Shown: positions 22,241 through 31,528 of the stretch, piece after piece
Numbering within the stretch: position 1 is the stretch's first letter
How the letters are laid out: each line of letters begins with the position of its first letter
Assembly: GCA_963665275.2 (NCBI GenBank)
Contig: CAXXIN010000019.1
Coordinates: forward strand, 32,001-96,000
Length of the DNA: 64,000 nucleotides
DNA from: Negativicutes bacterium
GTDB lineage: Bacteria; Bacillota; Negativicutes; UBA1444
Direction: 5' to 3'
Notes under the pieces: generated by a model
The model's database searches: none
The model's input: only the letters and a program-made list of their open reading frames with translations
What the model was told of the DNA's origin: nothing
Program-made: the position numbers and the translations under genes

Positions 22241-22381
22241 CTATTTCTGGCAGCCCTGGTTGCTTACTGTGCAGGATGTCTTACAGGCCGACTGGCAAGA
22301 AGTCTGGCATTCGCCGCAACCGCCGGTTGTGGCTGTTTTAGCGAGTGGTGCATCATTTACGGTCTGGATATGCTTTCCCAT
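22241..22381 (-). CDS. scfA: SCIFF (six-cysteine) ranthipeptide precursor, 46 aa
   Basis: Manual translation MGKHIQTVNDAPLAKTATTGGCGECQTSCQSACKTSCTVSNQGCQK; GGAGG RBS; below the ORF-track length cutoff. Confidence 0.97.
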   Translation of the reverse strand: MGKHIQTVNDAPLAKTATTGGCGECQTSCQSACKTSCTVSNQGCQK

Positions 22382-22463
22382 GTGAATCTTCCCTCCTGGT
22401 TCATTGTTTTACTATATTGTTTAGCTACATTCTATCGCTTTTTGAGATGTCAGGCAATAGCCT

Positions 22464-23534
22464 TCACTGCGCCGGAACAAGCATCAGCCGAACCGGCAGG
22501 TTGGAAGCGCCGGGCGGCGACAAGGTCACCCACAGAGATTCCCCTGCAGTAAATTCGGCAATCATCTCAAAATCCGCCAGCGTGTCGATCCCAAAGGCAT
22601 AGGTTCGGGACGGAGTCCCAACCAGTTTGTGTTCAGTTTTTGTTTTTACGGCAACCCAGCCGGTATAAGCTCCTCCACGGGGATTCAGATAACAGCGGAT
22701 CTTGCCTTTCCCGGTCGTGGGTATCATCAGACGATAAACAACGCCATAGTTTCCCTGATTCTGAACAGCCTTCCCGTTGGTAACATCCAGGCCAGCCAAA
22801 AACGGATCAATATCCCCATCGCCGATCGTAATCGCCACAGCCGCGTCAGTTCCCGGATCGTAGGGGCGCTTACCGATCAACACCCTGTCACCATGGGTAA
22901 AGCTGCCCCGGAGGTGCGGCTTCCATTGAGCGAGCGGCACTATATCATAAAGAGGAACTACGGCCGCCGGATCTCCTAGTTCGGGAATCGCAGCCACTAC
23001 CAGCCGAACTTCCTGATCCACGCGAAAATCAATCATGCCTGTCAAAATCATCTGGGGTGACAGGGCCAGGCTAGCTTTCCCGGCCGGCAGCATCACGCTT
23101 TTTCCTGCTGCCAGATCGAACTTATTCGGTCGGTCAGCCTTTAGGTATTCGCTTTGGATATCCCGGCCAGCTTTCATATAATCAGGTCCGGGTCCACTCA
23201 CGCCATAACGGAGCACATCCACCTTGGCAGGTACACTCCCGGAGTTGAACAACATGGCAACAATGCGTTTTTTCTCAGTCATGGCATTGACATGATGAAA
23301 AAACAGGCGCACATCCCCCTTTACTTTATCCTGATATAAGATCCCTTCCTGGGCAACATCCTCAGGACTATCCGACAGTATCAACCGAACACCTGACTCA
23401 GAGGCAGCAACCGGCCATTCCGGCAAAATATCGGCCATATCCGACAAGCGCGGTGGCGCCGCCATAACGGCAGTCATCAGGCACATATTGATCAGGCATG
23501 CAAACAGAGTTAACTTCCAGTATCTCATATTCAT
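22464..23534 (-). CDS. Secreted hypothetical protein
   Basis: Signal peptide (AVMA-A); SDSPE..GILY.D, GNYGVVY, NPRGG motifs; start overlaps the deacetylase stop. Confidence 0.7.
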   Translation of the reverse strand: MNMRYWKLTLFACLINMCLMTAVMAAPPRLSDMADILPEWPVAASESGVRLILSDSPEDVAQEGILYQDKVKGDVRLFFHHVNAMTEKKRIVAMLFNSGSVPAKVDVLRYGVSGPGPDYMKAGRDIQSEYLKADRPNKFDLAAGKSVMLPAGKASLALSPQMILTGMIDFRVDQEVRLVVAAIPELGDPAAVVPLYDIVPLAQWKPHLRGSFTHGDRVLIGKRPYDPGTDAAVAITIGDGDIDPFLAGLDVTNGKAVQNQGNYGVVYRLMIPTTGKGKIRCYLNPRGGAYTGWVAVKTKTEHKLVGTPSRTYAFGIDTLADFEMIAEFTAGESLWVTLSPPGASNLPVRLMLVPAQ

Positions 23535-24292
23535 ACTCCCAGTCGATCCGCCAACTGCAGCCACCACAACCGGGCCCGCAGGTCCCAGAGACCAAAACGG
23601 GATCGTGGTACACTCAGTCGACGGATCATATAAAGATTCTCCCCCGGATGATTGACCCCAACTACCGACGAACAGGCCGCCGAATAACCGGTCCGACCCA
23701 GCAGATTTACCACCGCTGGAGCAGTTTCACCAAAAGGGTTGGCGAAGATGGGCGCCGAAGCCGGCAGATTGTTTTCCAGCATAAGCCGCGAAGAAAGCAA
23801 TTCTCGCTCCAGTTCCTTCAGATTGATCTCGTTCAGGGTGTAATGGTTGACGGTATGCGATCCGAGCTCCATGCCGCCCTCGCTCATTTTACGGGCCTGT
23901 TCCCAGGTCATGTAGCCCATTTGTCCGATTTTGCCTGTCACGACAAAAAACGTACCCCGCATCTGCTGTCGCACCAAGATGGGAAAGGCGGCTGAATAGT
24001 TGTCTTCATACCCGTCGTCGAAGGTAATGACGACCGGGCGGGACGGCAGCTGCGTCGCACCGGACAACCCGGCCGCCAGCTCCATCACGCTCACCGTCGT
24101 ATATCCCTGGTCCCGCAAAAAGACCAGTTGTTTTTCGAAGTCAGCCGCACTCGTATTAAACCATTCCGGCCCATCGCCGATATGATGGTAAGTCAGGACC
24201 GGCACTCCAGACCCCGGCGATACGAGCCAAGCCATAACCCCCACTGCCAACAGCAGCACTGCCAGAAGTGTAAGTAACCCGCGCCGCCTCAT
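23531..24292 (-). CDS. Polysaccharide deacetylase (CE4)
   Basis: VLTYHH, ITFDDGY, GSHTVNH; N-terminal membrane anchor. Confidence 0.9.
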   Translation of the reverse strand: MRRRGLLTLLAVLLLAVGVMAWLVSPGSGVPVLTYHHIGDGPEWFNTSAADFEKQLVFLRDQGYTTVSVMELAAGLSGATQLPSRPVVITFDDGYEDNYSAAFPILVRQQMRGTFFVVTGKIGQMGYMTWEQARKMSEGGMELGSHTVNHYTLNEINLKELERELLSSRLMLENNLPASAPIFANPFGETAPAVVNLLGRTGYSAACSSVVGVNHPGENLYMIRRLSVPRSRFGLWDLRARLWWLQLADRLGV

Positions 24293-25230
24293 GATGGATC
24301 AGCGTCCCTTAATTCTTCAGCGATTTGCTCCAGCGCCCTTAGCCGGTGACTCATTCCTGAACGGCTGATTTTGCCGTCAAAGGCTTCCACCAATTCCTGC
24401 AGGGTCGCTTCCGGATTCGCCAACCGCAGCTCCGCGACATCCCTCAACGGTCGCGGCAAGGAGTCAAGCCCCCGGTGGCTGCTAATCCGGCGAATCCCCT
24501 CGATCTGACGCACAGCGGCATTCACGGTTTTTGCCAGATTGGCTGTTTCGCAGTTCACCAGACGGTTTACCTGATTGCGCATGCCTTTTACGATCCGGAC
24601 ATTTTCGAACTCGAGCAGCGCCTCGTGCGCGCCCACAATGCTCAAAAACGACGTAATGGCGTCCCCTTCCTTCATGTACACGACGAAATCCTGTTTGCGC
24701 GTCGACATCCCGGCCGCAAGACCAAAGGACTTCAGCGAAGCCGCCAAAGTTCCGGCGAAGCCCTCATTAGGAGTCACCAGTTCGAGATGATACTCCACCT
24801 CGGGCCGGTTAATGGAACCGCCGCCGAGAAAAGCGCCCCGCAGCCATGCTTTGCGGCAACAGGCCTTCCGCGGCAGGCTGACAGGAAATTCAAGCAGTGC
24901 GCCTTCGCCCAGAATCCCCATGTGTTCGAGAAATTGCCCAACTATCGGAGATGGCGGCGCCTTCAGTTCATAGGAATTGTTTTTTTTCAGGCGTAGGGCT
25001 CGTGTCACCTTTACCTCAATGTCGACAATGCCTGCTTTTTTTAAAGACCGTAGCACCTTACGCGCTACCGCGGCATTTTCCGTAACGAATTTTATCCCAA
25101 GCCGCCCCTTGCCGCCGAACGAAACAACCCCACCCATCCAAAGCAACGCTGAGAGCTCCGACTGTTCGCAGCAGGCGGACTCTTCTTCCATCCGCACCAG
25201 TTCATTTTTCACCTCACCGGCAAATGACAA
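24289..25230 (-). CDS. whiA: DNA-binding protein WhiA
   Basis: MSFAGEVKNEL, LRGAFLGGGS..YHLE, NRLVNCETANL; follows rapZ-yvcK. Confidence 0.95.
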   Translation of the reverse strand: MSFAGEVKNELVRMEEESACCEQSELSALLWMGGVVSFGGKGRLGIKFVTENAAVARKVLRSLKKAGIVDIEVKVTRALRLKKNNSYELKAPPSPIVGQFLEHMGILGEGALLEFPVSLPRKACCRKAWLRGAFLGGGSINRPEVEYHLELVTPNEGFAGTLAASLKSFGLAAGMSTRKQDFVVYMKEGDAITSFLSIVGAHEALLEFENVRIVKGMRNQVNRLVNCETANLAKTVNAAVRQIEGIRRISSHRGLDSLPRPLRDVAELRLANPEATLQELVEAFDGKISRSGMSHRLRALEQIAEELRDADPS

Positions 25231-25259
25231 CAGAAATCCTCCCTTATGACCCAGATTAT

Positions 25260-26612
25260 CTAAACGTCTGTATCCATCGCGGGGTCAACACGTTTCTCTC
25301 CGTTTTCCGGCTGATATTTTTTATTCCGGCGTCGATCCAGCGTTGCGAGCACAATTTTCGCCAGCCGCTCAGGATCGTGCCTTACCCAGTTGGTTTCACT
25401 GATCATCTGCGCTGGAATGACTCTGACCCCCAGGAGTTCAAGCTCCGGAATATCAGCCTCGACCGGACAGGCGCCCCCTCTCGCGTAATTATCCAGCAGA
25501 CAGGAATCGATATTCTCAACATTAACCAGCACACAGTCAACGATTCCCGGTCCGGCATGCTCGAATAGAGCCCGCACATGATCAGAAGCCGTGTAGCTGT
25601 CCGTTTCGCCTGGCTGAGTCATCACATTACAGACATACATCCGCTCCGCCTTTGTTTCCCGAAGCGCTCCGGTTATCTCGCGCACGAGCAAATTCGGAAT
25701 TATACTGGTATACAGACTTCCCGGCCCCAGCACAACAATATCGGCGCTCAAAATCGCATCGATCGCACTCTTGACAGCTGGAACGTCCGCCGGTTCCATT
25801 TTGATGCGGCGAATGCATTTAAATGCGCCGGAAATTTCGGATTCTCCATTCACTACCGTTCCATCCGTCATTTCCGCAGACAGTTTCACCGGGATCGCTG
25901 AAGCAGGAAGAACCTGACCGCGGACAGCCAATACCCGGCTGGACTCCTGCAGAGCTTTTTCCACATCCCCGCCCACCACCTGCATCATCGCGGCTATGAA
26001 GAGATTGCCGAAGCTGTGTCCCGCCAGATCACCCTCTCCGAGAAAGCGATATTGAAACAATTTTTCCATCAGGGGTTCCGTATCGGCCAAAGCCACCAGA
26101 CAACTTCGCAGATCTCCCGGCGGCACAATCCCCAATTCGTTACGGAGACGACCGGAGGAGCCGCCGTCATCCGCCACTGTGACAATGGCGGTCAAATTGC
26201 TGGTGTAACGCTTCAACCCACGCAAGAGAGTCGATAAGCCGGTCCCGCCGCCGATGACGACAACAGAAGGTCCTTTGTCCAGCCGGCGTTTTTGATAAAT
26301 GATATCCACCAGGCGATTCGCACCCTCAGGCGCCACCGCGTCGATGATCGATCGAATAATGCGACGCATGGCGTAAAACATCGTCCCCAGGCCGAGGCAC
26401 AGCACAACGGCTCCGACCAGCGTCGGCATCCAGCCGTAATAATTACCGGTCATCCGGTAGATGAACCAAAACAGACCGCCTTCCACCAATCCGATGAAGC
26501 GGTAATTCAACAGCAGCGCCAAGCTGAACCCGGCAGCCACGACGCCACCGGCGAACAGAAAGAACCAGCGCTTGATGCGCATTCCTGGATACAGAAGTTT
26601 CAGCAAGGCCAT
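25260..26612 (-). CDS. yvcK: Gluconeogenesis factor YvcK/GlmR with N-terminal TM extension
   Basis: GGGTGLS, TVADDGGSSGRLR, GHSFGNL, GPGSLYTS, NVMTQPGET. Confidence 0.93.
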   Translation of the reverse strand: MALLKLLYPGMRIKRWFFLFAGGVVAAGFSLALLLNYRFIGLVEGGLFWFIYRMTGNYYGWMPTLVGAVVLCLGLGTMFYAMRRIIRSIIDAVAPEGANRLVDIIYQKRRLDKGPSVVVIGGGTGLSTLLRGLKRYTSNLTAIVTVADDGGSSGRLRNELGIVPPGDLRSCLVALADTEPLMEKLFQYRFLGEGDLAGHSFGNLFIAAMMQVVGGDVEKALQESSRVLAVRGQVLPASAIPVKLSAEMTDGTVVNGESEISGAFKCIRRIKMEPADVPAVKSAIDAILSADIVVLGPGSLYTSIIPNLLVREITGALRETKAERMYVCNVMTQPGETDSYTASDHVRALFEHAGPGIVDCVLVNVENIDSCLLDNYARGGACPVEADIPELELLGVRVIPAQMISETNWVRHDPERLAKIVLATLDRRRNKKYQPENGEKRVDPAMDTDV

Positions 26613-26615
26613 GAT

Positions 26616-27494
26616 CTATTCCTCAACAACATTCTGTTTGATATCCCGGTGTTCGAGAGAAACCTGATAGCCTTGCGCGTGCAGGGAATCGCGAATCTTC
26701 GAGGCCACGAAAACCGACCGGTGAAGGCCGCCGGTACATCCCACAGCAATCACCAGCTGACTTTTCCCTTCTTTCACATAGTGCGGAATCAAAAAATCGA
26801 TGAAGGATTGCAACCGACTCAAAAACTGGTGGGTAACCGGCCATTTATCGATATACTCCCGCACCAGGGGATTTTCTCCTGTCTTACGGCGTAACGGCTC
26901 CACATAAAACGGGTTGGGCAGGAACCTGACATCATACACCATGTCGGCATCGAGCGGGATCCCGTATTTGAAACCGAATGACACGACATTGATATGGAGA
27001 CGGAAAACTTCGCTGCCACTTTCGTACAGTTCGGTAATCCGGGCCTTCAGGTCCTTCGTTGTCATATTGGACGTATCGATGATATGGGTAGCCCGGCCCC
27101 GGACATACTCGAGCCGGTCGCGTTCCTGCCGGATTCCCTCGCTGATTCGCCCCTCAGGGGCCAAAGGATGACGTCGCCGGGTCTCCTTGTAACGATGAAT
27201 AAGAGTCTCGTCGGATGCCTCCAAAAACAGCACTTCCGACATCAGGTTCTGCTGATCCATTTCTCCCAGCACCTGCATCAATTGGTCGAAAAACTCACCG
27301 CCCCGGATGTCCACCACCAGAGCGATTCTTTTCACTTTGCCAGCGGACTGCTCGCAAAGCTCGGCGAATTTCGGGATTAACGCCGGCGGCAGGTTATCGA
27401 CGCAAAAGTAGCCAAGGTCTTCCATAAACCGCATGACCTGGGTTTTGCCGGCGCCAGACATGCCTGTAATAATCACGAGTCGGGGATTTTCCAT
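26616..27494 (-). CDS. rapZ: RNase adapter RapZ/YvcJ
   Basis: TGMSGAGKT, VDNLPP, SFGFKYG, DVRFLPNP, GCTGGLHRSV. Confidence 0.96.
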   Translation of the reverse strand: MENPRLVIITGMSGAGKTQVMRFMEDLGYFCVDNLPPALIPKFAELCEQSAGKVKRIALVVDIRGGEFFDQLMQVLGEMDQQNLMSEVLFLEASDETLIHRYKETRRRHPLAPEGRISEGIRQERDRLEYVRGRATHIIDTSNMTTKDLKARITELYESGSEVFRLHINVVSFGFKYGIPLDADMVYDVRFLPNPFYVEPLRRKTGENPLVREYIDKWPVTHQFLSRLQSFIDFLIPHYVKEGKSQLVIAVGCTGGLHRSVFVASKIRDSLHAQGYQVSLEHRDIKQNVVEE

Positions 27495-27511
27495 TCAACA
27501 GATCCCTCCTA

Positions 27512-28243
27512 TCACACCGCTACCGGAGAATGGTTGGTACGGCGGTTCAAATGGTTGAGTACGCGTTCAATCGAAGTATTGAGCACCTGTTCTTCCGGAA
27601 TGCCGTTTTTCGCCAGAAGTTCCGCCGCTACAGAAAACTCACCGACTGTTTCACAAAAATGGCTGTCGGATCCGACGATCAGTTTCGTGCCAAGCTCTCT
27701 GGCCAACCCTACGATTTTGTCGCAATATGGCAGGCTGCCTTTGCGGGAAACCGTGAGGGAACTGTTGTTCACCTCGAGCGCAATCCCGCAGCGCGTGGCT
27801 TCTTGAACCACTGCTTCTTCGTCGATGAGATATTCGGGATTGCCCGGATGAACGATCACATCCACAAACGGGTTCTGCATCGCCGAGCACAGCATGGCCG
27901 TGTTTTCGATTATTGTTCCATACGGCGCACAAACAGTATGTAACCCCACAGCCACGATATCGAGCTTGGCCAGACGGATTTCGTCCAAGTCCAGCTTGCC
28001 GAGCCGATCCATCACGTTGGCTTCGATCCCCTTCAGCACACGGACTCCGAACAGGGTATCCGGCATCGCCGTCTGATTGGAAAAATGATATGCATGAGCT
28101 CCGCCCGGCATTCCTGGTCCATGATCCGTCAGGGCGATCATCGCCAGTCCCTTGTCAGCCGCCACTCGCGCAATTTCCTTGACCGTGCTGTAGGCGTGGC
28201 CGCTGGCTACCGTATGAACATGCAAATCTGCAACAAACTGCAT
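27512..28243 (-). CDS. PHP-domain phosphatase (YcdX-like)
   Basis: DLHVHT, TDHG, GIEAN, HPGN, EVNNSS, GSDSH. Confidence 0.9.
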   Translation of the reverse strand: MQFVADLHVHTVASGHAYSTVKEIARVAADKGLAMIALTDHGPGMPGGAHAYHFSNQTAMPDTLFGVRVLKGIEANVMDRLGKLDLDEIRLAKLDIVAVGLHTVCAPYGTIIENTAMLCSAMQNPFVDVIVHPGNPEYLIDEEAVVQEATRCGIALEVNNSSLTVSRKGSLPYCDKIVGLARELGTKLIVGSDSHFCETVGEFSVAAELLAKNGIPEEQVLNTSIERVLNHLNRRTNHSPVAV

Positions 28244-28382
28244 AGTATCACCTCGTTTTTTATTATACAGTATTTGCGCCCAAACTGCCTTACCCTCCCC
28301 GCAGTATTTTAGCGGCAGGAACCTGTCCGGGTCTTGTTGAATGTTTTAGAATGACCAGTTGAGGGAAAAGGGAGAGTGCTCG

Positions 28383-29048
28383 ATGATTCCCCTACGTGAC
28401 AACATCCACCCCAATACCATCCCCTTCGTCACTGTCGCTTTGATCGCCGCCAATATCGGCGCGTTCGTGACAGAGCTCAAGTGGACGCCGGGCGAACTAA
28501 AGACCTGGGTTTCCGCCCTGGGCATGATCCCCGCACGCCTCGCGGAAGCCGCGAATTCCGGTTCCCTGGATCCCGCCGCCTATCTTCCTCTTGTCACCAG
28601 CCTTTTTCTGCATGGCGGTTGGTTGCACATCATCGGCAACATGTGGTTCCTGTGGCTGTTTGGCTCCAGCGTGGAGTATTGCCTAGGTCACGCCAATTTT
28701 TTGACGTTCTATTTCGTCTGTGGAATCATCTCGAATCTGGCCCAGGCCGCTTTTGACCCTGCATCCACCGTTCCCGTCATCGGCGCCAGCGGCGCGATTT
28801 CCGGCATTTTGGGCGCTTATGCGGTTTGTTTTCCCCATGCCAAGATCAAAACGTTGCTGTTTCTGGTGTTCATTTTCACCATCGTGGAAATTCCGGCCCT
28901 GGCCTTCTTGACCATCTGGTTCGTCTATCAGCTGCAAAGCGGCACTGCCGCTCTATCCATGGGTGGATCGGGAATCGCCTGGTGGGCTCATGTCGGCGGT
29001 TTTGTGGCCGGCGCTCTGCTCAATCGTTTTTGGATAAAAAGGCACTGA
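28383..29048 (+). CDS. Rhomboid family intramembrane serine protease
   Basis: FLHGGWLHIIGNM, IGASGAI, AHVGGF. Confidence 0.93.
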   Translation: MIPLRDNIHPNTIPFVTVALIAANIGAFVTELKWTPGELKTWVSALGMIPARLAEAANSGSLDPAAYLPLVTSLFLHGGWLHIIGNMWFLWLFGSSVEYCLGHANFLTFYFVCGIISNLAQAAFDPASTVPVIGASGAISGILGAYAVCFPHAKIKTLLFLVFIFTIVEIPALAFLTIWFVYQLQSGTAALSMGGSGIAWWAHVGGFVAGALLNRFWIKRH

Positions 29049-29169
29049 CTTTGATGTGAAGTTACAATTCAGTTAAATAGGATATCAAAATTGACTTGTC
29101 GAATTCTTCATTTGTGTAAGTTAAGCTATCATTTTATGGATCCATTATTATTTGGACAAGGAGTATCGC

Positions 29170-29877
29170 TTGAACAAGAATTTTTCTTTCCCGCGAATCT
29201 ACACACTCACCTTTTCGTGCTTGATCGCCCTGTCAATGCAGCTGGGGACGATATGCGCCGAGGGGAGTTGGCAAACACATCCTACGACTAGCTGCAAAGT
29301 CTGGAATGCTGATCCAGGCACGGATATGACCTTCACTTGGACAGGGAACTGCAAGAGCGGTTACATCGAGGGGCCCGGAACGCTGCAATGGTTTGAAAAA
29401 GGCGTGCCTGGCGACAAATATGTTGGCCAATATTTGCGGGGAAAGGCGCATGGCCGAGGCGTCTTCACCTGGTCCTCTCCCGCTGCCCGCTACGAAGGCG
29501 ACTTTCTTGATGGCCAGCGCGCAGGCAAAGGCATCCAGTTTTTCGCCAATGGAGATCGCTACGAAGGAGATTGGCGTAGCGACCTGCCCAATGGCAAAGG
29601 TCTCTATATCTGGATCAACGAAGACCGTTACCATGGAGATTTCGTTGACGGAAAACCGCAGGGCAAAGGCGTTGAAATCTGGACTGATGGAACCCGTTAC
29701 GAAGGCGACTTCGCCAACGGCCTGCCAAATGGCAAAGGCATCAAAACCTGGATCAAAGGCGCCCGCTACGAAGGGGACTTTCTCAATGGGAAGATGCACG
29801 GATACGGCGTCATTACACTCAGGAACGGCCGGGAGTTTCGAGGCAGATGGGAGAATGACAACTACCTGGGACCGTAG
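29170..29877 (+). CDS. MORN-repeat protein, probably exported
   Basis: About 6 YEGDF..G...GKG repeats; TTG start with AAGGAG RBS. Confidence 0.88.
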   Translation: MNKNFSFPRIYTLTFSCLIALSMQLGTICAEGSWQTHPTTSCKVWNADPGTDMTFTWTGNCKSGYIEGPGTLQWFEKGVPGDKYVGQYLRGKAHGRGVFTWSSPAARYEGDFLDGQRAGKGIQFFANGDRYEGDWRSDLPNGKGLYIWINEDRYHGDFVDGKPQGKGVEIWTDGTRYEGDFANGLPNGKGIKTWIKGARYEGDFLNGKMHGYGVITLRNGREFRGRWENDNYLGP

Positions 29878-29945
29878 TCCTGGTCACAAAAACCTGAAAC
29901 AGACAGGGGGGCACCATCATCCGAATCATCACTTGGATACTGGCT

Positions 29946-30578
29946 TTGTTGATTATTTGCACTTCCACCGCATTCGCCAAACCGGAGATCGTTCTGAACA
30001 TCCCCGAATACACCCTTCGGCTGATTGATGGCCAAAGAGTACTGAAGCAATATGAGGTTGCTGTCGGAACCTCTATTGAGCAGACACCCGTGGGGAAATT
30101 CGCGGTCTTCTTTAAAGAAATCAACCCCACTTGGTATCCCGCATCGGGTTTTGTGGACAAGACTCCTGTGCCACCGGGTCCGGATAACCCCCTGGGAAGC
30201 CGTTGGATTGAATTCGCACCCGCCTTTGGAATCCATGGAACTCATAAAGTTTGGACCGTAGACTACCCGGTTTCTGGAGGCTGCGTGCGGATGTACAATC
30301 CTGACGTAGAAGAACTGTATGAACTTGTAGATATCGGCACGCCGGTTACGGTCACCTATGAGACGATAACATTGCTTGAGAAAAATGATGGACTCTATGT
30401 GAGAATTTTCTCTGATATCTACGACAAAAATACAACGACACGCGAAAAATATCTGGAGCTCATTGCACCCTTTAAAAATCGTTACAAATTCATCAATGAA
30501 CCGGTATGGCCCGTTAAAGTCGAGTTTGCTCAAATCGTTGAACTGAAAATCGGCGTACTTTCAGCGCGCAAAAAATAA
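29946..30578 (+). CDS. L,D-transpeptidase (true start may be ATC at 29916/29919)
   Basis: PPGPDNPLGSRW, GIHGT..SGGCVRM catalytic motif. Confidence 0.9.
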   Translation: MLIICTSTAFAKPEIVLNIPEYTLRLIDGQRVLKQYEVAVGTSIEQTPVGKFAVFFKEINPTWYPASGFVDKTPVPPGPDNPLGSRWIEFAPAFGIHGTHKVWTVDYPVSGGCVRMYNPDVEELYELVDIGTPVTVTYETITLLEKNDGLYVRIFSDIYDKNTTTREKYLELIAPFKNRYKFINEPVWPVKVEFAQIVELKIGVLSARKK

Positions 30579-30653
30579 GTGAGCCCTGGCTGAGGCAAGG
30601 ATATGCATCCCTCCCTCAAAACCGGGCTCACTTGCAGTACAATGGAACGATGA

Positions 30654-31241
30654 TTAAGACCCAATGATCACTTTGGCGCCTGGTTGAATGATGGAATATA
30701 ATTCTTCCAGATCAGAATCCAACATGGCAATGCAACCTTCTGTCCAGTCGATTTTTTCTTTGGTCAGGTCACCTCGACCGCCATGGATCCCGATCCAGCC
30801 GCCCAGTCTCGTATTCTGGGGCGGCAACGCTCCTCTCCGGTTAGCGTCGAGGATTGCATGATACTGTTCAACGCTGATGAGTTTTTGATTGACAGCACGT
30901 TCGGCATGACTTACATCCGGATAGCTGAGGCCCAACCAAGAGCGTCCCAGATAAGGATGATTGCCCAATTTTTCTTTGTCAGTAATGTAAAAAGTTCCTT
31001 CGGGAGTACGATTGTCGCCTTGTTGTATCTTGTCACCATCTGGATTGACACCAAAAACACAGGTATACTTTTTTACGGCGCGCCCCTCCTGGAAAAGAGT
31101 CAGCGTATGCGCCGACTTACTGATCACTAGCACCAATGGGTCCTTATCAACATCGGGAGAAGTCTGAGCAGCAAGAATCGCCGGCTGTCCGCACAGCAAC
31201 AGACCGGCTAGAAGCACCATTCCTATAAAACGTCTTTGCAT
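30654..31241 (-). CDS. L,D-transpeptidase family protein
   Basis: Signal peptide; GDNRTPEG, LSYP, IGIHGG..WTEGCIAM. Confidence 0.9.
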   Translation of the reverse strand: MQRRFIGMVLLAGLLLCGQPAILAAQTSPDVDKDPLVLVISKSAHTLTLFQEGRAVKKYTCVFGVNPDGDKIQQGDNRTPEGTFYITDKEKLGNHPYLGRSWLGLSYPDVSHAERAVNQKLISVEQYHAILDANRRGALPPQNTRLGGWIGIHGGRGDLTKEKIDWTEGCIAMLDSDLEELYSIIQPGAKVIIGS

Positions 31242-31377
31242 ATATTCACCTCAACGTCTTATTTTAACACATCACATAATTTAATGTTTCTCTATTGACA
31301 GTAAATATCCTGCTGTCAGGACGATTCATTCGATGATTGGCGGATTTTTCTGATACGGGAACTATTTAATACGGGAA

Positions 31378-31427
31378 CAAAAAGAATAGAATGGCTGCCG
31401 AAAACCGGCAGCCATTCTATTCTTTTT
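31378..31427 (-). terminator. Terminator of the nuo-like operon
   Basis: Long perfect inverted repeat aaaaagaatagaatggctgccg / cggcagccattctattcttttt. Confidence 0.85.
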
Positions 31428-31528
31428 GTCTAATTATAAGACGAACATTTTGAAATCAAGCAAATCATATTCCACTTGTTATACTGTAAAATATAAATAT
31501 TTTTAATATTGTAATTCAATCGATTCAA

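Noticed and set aside
29400-29860. Periodic 69-bp DNA repeats (cgctacgaagg.gac) as a CRISPR-like array
   Set aside because: They are the in-frame 23-aa MORN repeats of a coding gene, are degenerate, and no cas genes are nearby.
31353-31378. Tandem atacgggaac x2 next to the nuo terminator
   Set aside because: Only two 10-bp copies with no function I can support.
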